A stretch of 39,574 nt of DNA from Candidatus Sumerlaeaceae bacterium (lineage in GTDB: Bacteria > Sumerlaeota > Sumerlaeia > Sumerlaeales > Sumerlaeaceae): assembly GCA_051003195.1 (NCBI GenBank), contig JBPCLP010000027.1, positions 1-39,574 of the forward strand. The letters run 5' to 3'. The notes below the pieces were generated by a model that had not been told where the DNA came from, ran no database searches, and saw only the letters and a list, made by a program, of their open reading frames with translations. Numbering within the stretch: position 1 is the first letter of the stretch; each line of letters starts with the position of its first letter. Made by a program: the position numbers and the translations under genes. Shown piece after piece: positions 36,388 to 39,574 of the stretch.

Positions 36388-36975
36388 TTACCTGGCCGCC
36401 GTTGCGGTAGTGCCGGTGTTGTCCACCGCCGGGCCCGTCGTTGTCGTATCTTCGCCCGCCGCTTTCGCCTTCAGCCACGCGCGTTCCTCATCCACCGATT
36501 TCACTTTCACGCGTGTGCCCTTGGTACCTTCCACAATTTCGCGCACGCCTGACGTGCTGATCGATTCGATGTAGTAATAGTAAGTCTGCCCGCGGGCTAC
36601 GCTGCGGTCCTCGTAGCAGTAGTCCATCGGGATGTTCGTGCTGCCCTGTCCCGGGATGATCGACGTGTTGATCTTTTTATACGTTCCGTCCGCGGTATCG
36701 GATCGCTGGATGTTGTAACCGTAATTGTCCTCCTGCGTCTCCACCCGCCAGCGGATACGAACCTTGCCCACGCCGCCCTCGGGCACCAGCTTTTGCAGCT
36801 CCTCGTCGGAGAGGTGACCGGTCGGCAGGGGCTGGCACAGCACGACCCCCGGCGCGGTCGACATCACCGACGCCGCAACCCCCGCAACCGACCCCGTCGT
36901 GGACTCCGCGCCCAGTGCCACAGCGCACATGCTCCATACTACCAGAATACCCGTAACGCGGCGAACAACTGACAT
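36388..36975 (-). CDS. Exported protein with a stand-alone FN3-like module lacking the usual PVxLxxF first strand
   Basis: Signal peptide and '[21 protein letters not shown]...[13 protein letters not shown]....[16 protein letters not shown]...G'. Ends 2 nt before the decarboxylase start. Confidence 0.8.
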   Translation of the reverse strand: MSVVRRVTGILVVWSMCAVALGAESTTGSVAGVAASVMSTAPGVVLCQPLPTGHLSDEELQKLVPEGGVGKVRIRWRVETQEDNYGYNIQRSDTADGTYKKINTSIIPGQGSTNIPMDYCYEDRSVARGQTYYYYIESISTSGVREIVEGTKGTRVKVKSVDEERAWLKAKAAGEDTTTTGPAVDNTGTTATAAR

Positions 36976-37033
36976 CCTTATGAGTCCTTCAGCAGAGATA
37001 CCACGAAGCGGTGCGCGGCGCAGAGGCTTGTCA

Positions 37034-37068
37034 AGGGGGCAGGGTTCAGGGGTCAGGGTTGAGTGTTT
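37034..37068. repeat. Heptamer tandem repeat (AGGGnTC-type, STRR-like)
   Basis: AGGGGGC AGGGTTC AGGGGTC AGGGTTG AGTGTTT. Confidence 0.7.
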
Positions 37069-37114
37069 TGAAGAATTCATTGATTTCGCACGGGCTCGCA
37101 GGCTTGAAGCTCCG

Positions 37115-37351
37115 GTGACGACTCGAGCACAGAACGAAAGACAGTATTTCAGCTGGAGCGACTTACCTGACGGCAGCCGCGTCTACTGGATGGACGTAGC
37201 AGGAAAAGGCGGCTGGCAGGCACGTTATCTCAAGCAGGTCGATGCTCAGGAAACAACCATACGCTTCTGGCAGGAAATCTATAATGAACAAGGAGCACTG
37301 GTTGAAATACACCAGAAGTACCCGACAGATACCGGTTACAAGAAAGTGTAG
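37115..37351 (+). CDS. Small hypothetical protein, first gene of a putative toxin-antitoxin-like pair
   Basis: 78 aa from GTG: 'RAQNERQY..W.DLPDGSRVYW...GW.ARYLK.VD..E.T.RFWQEIY...LVEIHQKYP.D.G'. Confidence 0.75.
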   Translation: MTTRAQNERQYFSWSDLPDGSRVYWMDVAGKGGWQARYLKQVDAQETTIRFWQEIYNEQGALVEIHQKYPTDTGYKKV

Positions 37352-37360
37352 CTGAGCGGC

Positions 37361-37618
37361 ATGATCACAAGAGCAAGCATCGTCGAAGAAATCGGAGCCT
37401 ATCTACAGCACCGTATCACGCTCCCGCAGCTGGTCGACTGGGCCGAACGCGTGCTGATGGATGGCAACTTTGCTACGCACGAAGCTGTATTACTGGCCAC
37501 CGTCGTTGCGCGGCTGGGTGTCGCCGACGTGCGCGCCTTTGGCCTTACCTGGGAGGATTGTGAGGGCCTGCTGCGCCAGCTTGGTTACACGGCTCACGTA
37601 CAACTCAGCCCTGCGTAA
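37361..37618 (+). CDS. Small hypothetical protein, second gene of the pair
   Basis: 85 aa, 9 nt after the first gene: 'ITLPQLVDWAE...ARLGVADVRAFGLTWEDCE.LL.QLGY'. Confidence 0.8.
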   Translation: MITRASIVEEIGAYLQHRITLPQLVDWAERVLMDGNFATHEAVLLATVVARLGVADVRAFGLTWEDCEGLLRQLGYTAHVQLSPA

Positions 37619-37757
37619 GGGGGTGGGCAGGTTAGTGGTTTTGTCCCTCTTTCATCTTAGATTTTGAACGTTCAATTTCTCGTTTTTCTTATCTGCATTT
37701 TTCTGTTCGCGAACGCGTAACATCCAGCTCGTCAAACCTGTAGCTGTATCGACAACT

Positions 37758-38369
37758 TCATCGCCCGGCATGCGTAAACTCCCACTCGTTCCGAACCGGC
37801 CAGCGTTTGGAATCCACCACACGGATAATCCAGGTCTGTTTTTCCAGGTAGTCCGCTACCATCACTGTCCATAACGGAACCTTGTACCACGTCATTGAGA
37901 CGTTCGACGAGACCACGGCACTACTCACACTCACGGAGTCCGGATTCCACCTCCGTTTATCGAGATAAAATTTAAAGGATCGCCTTCTCGGGCCGGGTAA
38001 GCACGCCAGGGCGAGTTTCGCCAGCTTACCCTCACAGAGCGCACCCTCGGCAGGATCAAAGTAAGTGACGACCTCCGTAGTGCTGTTGTCTTTCAAAGAT
38101 AGCGAAACTCGAGCATCTGTGGCCTGCACAGCATAGTAGCCAAACGAAAACACATCAACGGTGAGTGAGATCCGCCCGCTCGCATCAGGCTGACCGAGCG
38201 TGGCTTTTACAGTCGGGCTTGGCACCAGCATCGGGGCGGCGATCAGGTAAAAAGCCAATAATAGCGACACAGCAACTAATAGCCTGCCGCCCCGTGCTCG
38301 TCTGGCCCGGTGATCTGGCTCGCTGTTTTCCTTTAGCTCATCAGCGGCGTCCTGGCGCTTTAGCTCCAT
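37758..38369 (-). CDS. Hypothetical membrane-anchored protein
   Basis: 203-aa ORF with a single N-terminal TM (LLVAVSLLLAFYLIAAPML) and a beta-rich remainder. Confidence 0.6.
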   Translation of the reverse strand: MELKRQDAADELKENSEPDHRARRARGGRLLVAVSLLLAFYLIAAPMLVPSPTVKATLGQPDASGRISLTVDVFSFGYYAVQATDARVSLSLKDNSTTEVVTYFDPAEGALCEGKLAKLALACLPGPRRRSFKFYLDKRRWNPDSVSVSSAVVSSNVSMTWYKVPLWTVMVADYLEKQTWIIRVVDSKRWPVRNEWEFTHAGR

Positions 38370-38440
38370 TGATCAACTCTATTATCACTAGCGGCCAAGT
38401 ACGCGAGACAAAAAAACGACTCTCCCTTGGAGATCTGACA

Positions 38441-38594
38441 CAAGGGGACAGGGGGCTGTTGAAAAACCGACACCGGAGGTGTCGAACATGAATAGCCGCA
38501 GGTGCAACCTGCGGATCTTGAGCGTAATTTCCCCACGACCCTGAAGGGGGTCGAATAAAGTTAGAGGGTTTTTCGACAGCCCCCTGTCCCGTTG
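38441..38594. mobile_element. Non-autonomous MITE-like element with 28-bp terminal inverted repeats enclosing REP-like hairpins
   Basis: Left CAAGGGGACAGGGGGCTGTTGAAAAACC (38441-38468) versus reverse complement of 38567-38594, 26/28 identical. Internal hairpins CGACACC-GGA-GGTGTCG, CCGCAGGT-GCA-ACCTGCGG, CGACCC-TGAAGG-GGGTCG. Confidence 0.8.
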
Positions 38595-38653
38595 ATTTTC
38601 CCCATCAGAGAATATGATTTACACCACGGGCGCATCAAGCTCACATAATCACC

Positions 38654-39043
38654 ATGCTCGAATCAGGCGCGTTCCTCGCTTCATACAACTCCGGCTCCGA
38701 TTGGGACGGCGGCGCACTGGGAGCCATGATGATTGCCGTTTTGATAGCGGCGTTTGGCGCTGTTTTCGCCCTAACTTTCGCCGTCAGCTTTGCAGGCGGG
38801 TTCGTGGCCAGGCGACTCCATCCCCCTCCCGGCGTCCCGTCACTTGCCAGGCTCGCCACTGCGTGCATCGGCGCAGGCCTCCTCCTGTGGACACCGATTA
38901 TGATACTCGTACTCCAGCATGCTTACGACTATCTCACATTCTGGGGTTACGCGTTTATCGGCTGCCTGCCCGCGTCGGCACTTGCGGCCCTGCTGCACAG
39001 TATTATATTGAAATGGCGTAACGCCCGACCCGCAGCGGCCTGA
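38654..39043 (+). CDS. Hypothetical membrane protein (~3 TM)
   Basis: 129 aa with three hydrophobic segments. Confidence 0.65.
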   Translation: MLESGAFLASYNSGSDWDGGALGAMMIAVLIAAFGAVFALTFAVSFAGGFVARRLHPPPGVPSLARLATACIGAGLLLWTPIMILVLQHAYDYLTFWGYAFIGCLPASALAALLHSIILKWRNARPAAA

Positions 39044-39195
39044 AGCCTCCACGTCCCGGCGAAATGAAGCTGATCTTACACCTTAAGGTATGCGCGCCTG
39101 TCCCTCCAATCCCCAACGTCCTCCGAATTTCAAACGTCGCCAGGTTTCATCAATTTGCGTTGATTTTTGCCTCGCGGCGTTTCACGTAACTTACC

Positions 39196-39574
39196 ATGAT
39201 TGCGCTGCGGCGATGCAACCACTCTGCCGGCCGGGCAAATATTTGCGCGGCCATCCTGGTGCTCGCTGCGCTGGTCGGCTGGCAGTCGACATACGTGCCG
39301 ATCCACATTGTTGCACAGCCGCATGCTGGTGCCATCTCTGGTATTATTGCGCATGATGCAATTGAACCACACGTGCATTTCGAAGCTCGCAATGCGGGCG
39401 CGCAATTGCTGCACCGGCACACCTCCTCCGCGCCTGGACGTAATTATCGGCTTCCGCAGCAGCTGTTCGATTGGGGCGGTCATGGTGGTGGACCTGTGTG
39501 TGTGGGTCGACCCGCACGGCCGTTGTTCGCTTCTGGTCCCATCGAGTCCATAACTCAGACAGCTCTTGCGAAAG
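39196..39574 (+). CDS. Partial hypothetical protein running off the right edge
   Basis: ATG 39196 opens MIALRRCNHSAGRANICAAILVLAALVGWQSTYVPIH..., with no stop to the window end, one TM-like segment and a His-rich stretch. Confidence 0.45.
   Translation, partial: MIALRRCNHSAGRANICAAILVLAALVGWQSTYVPIHIVAQPHAGAISGIIAHDAIEPHVHFEARNAGAQLLHRHTSSAPGRNYRLPQQLFDWGGHGGGPVCVGRPARPLFASGPIESITQTALAK

Noticed and set aside
37029..37034. Perfect TTGACA on the minus strand upstream of the 36975 gene
   Set aside because: No TAnnnT at 16-18 bp spacing, so no promoter was called.
39130..39483. Minus-strand 117-aa and 90-aa ORFs at the right end
   Set aside because: No recognisable features. They overlap a more plausible plus-strand ORF from 39196 that runs off the window.

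Overview
Mostly core chromosome of a GC-rich bacterium. The 16S 5' signature (GGCGTGGATTAGGCATGCAAGTC), a 'YDATNGTISGGD' pilin-tail remnant and a secreted enzyme ending in 'VPVSLTHFELY' point to a PVC-adjacent lineage, most likely Sumerlaeota (BRC1). This is inference from recalled motifs, not a search result. The window holds the 5' part of a 16S rRNA gene (minus strand), a muropeptide-recycling pair (epimerase and NlpC/P60), prfB with its programmed +1 frameshift, and a BlaI/BlaR1(M56)-like module with a TACAnnTGTA operator followed by a secreted protein built from copies of the sensor's own Ig-like domains. It also carries holA, hemB, ddl, recN, lipA/lipB and mnmG, several small toxin-antitoxin-like genes, secreted enzymes and surface proteins (GH13, sulfatase, Asp-box propeller, InlB B-repeat protein), a UDP-glucuronate decarboxylase and a nested MITE/REP element. 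Best leads: (1) a possible split-domain (donor-strand) docking system, in which the amylase ends with the 'PVxLxxF' first strand of an FN3-like module and a separate exported protein encodes the rest of that module; (2) the BlaR1 sensor with a soluble copy of its ectodomain; (3) short-period DNA repeats inserted in frame in mnmG and lipB; (4) an unexplained structured region between holA and hemB.
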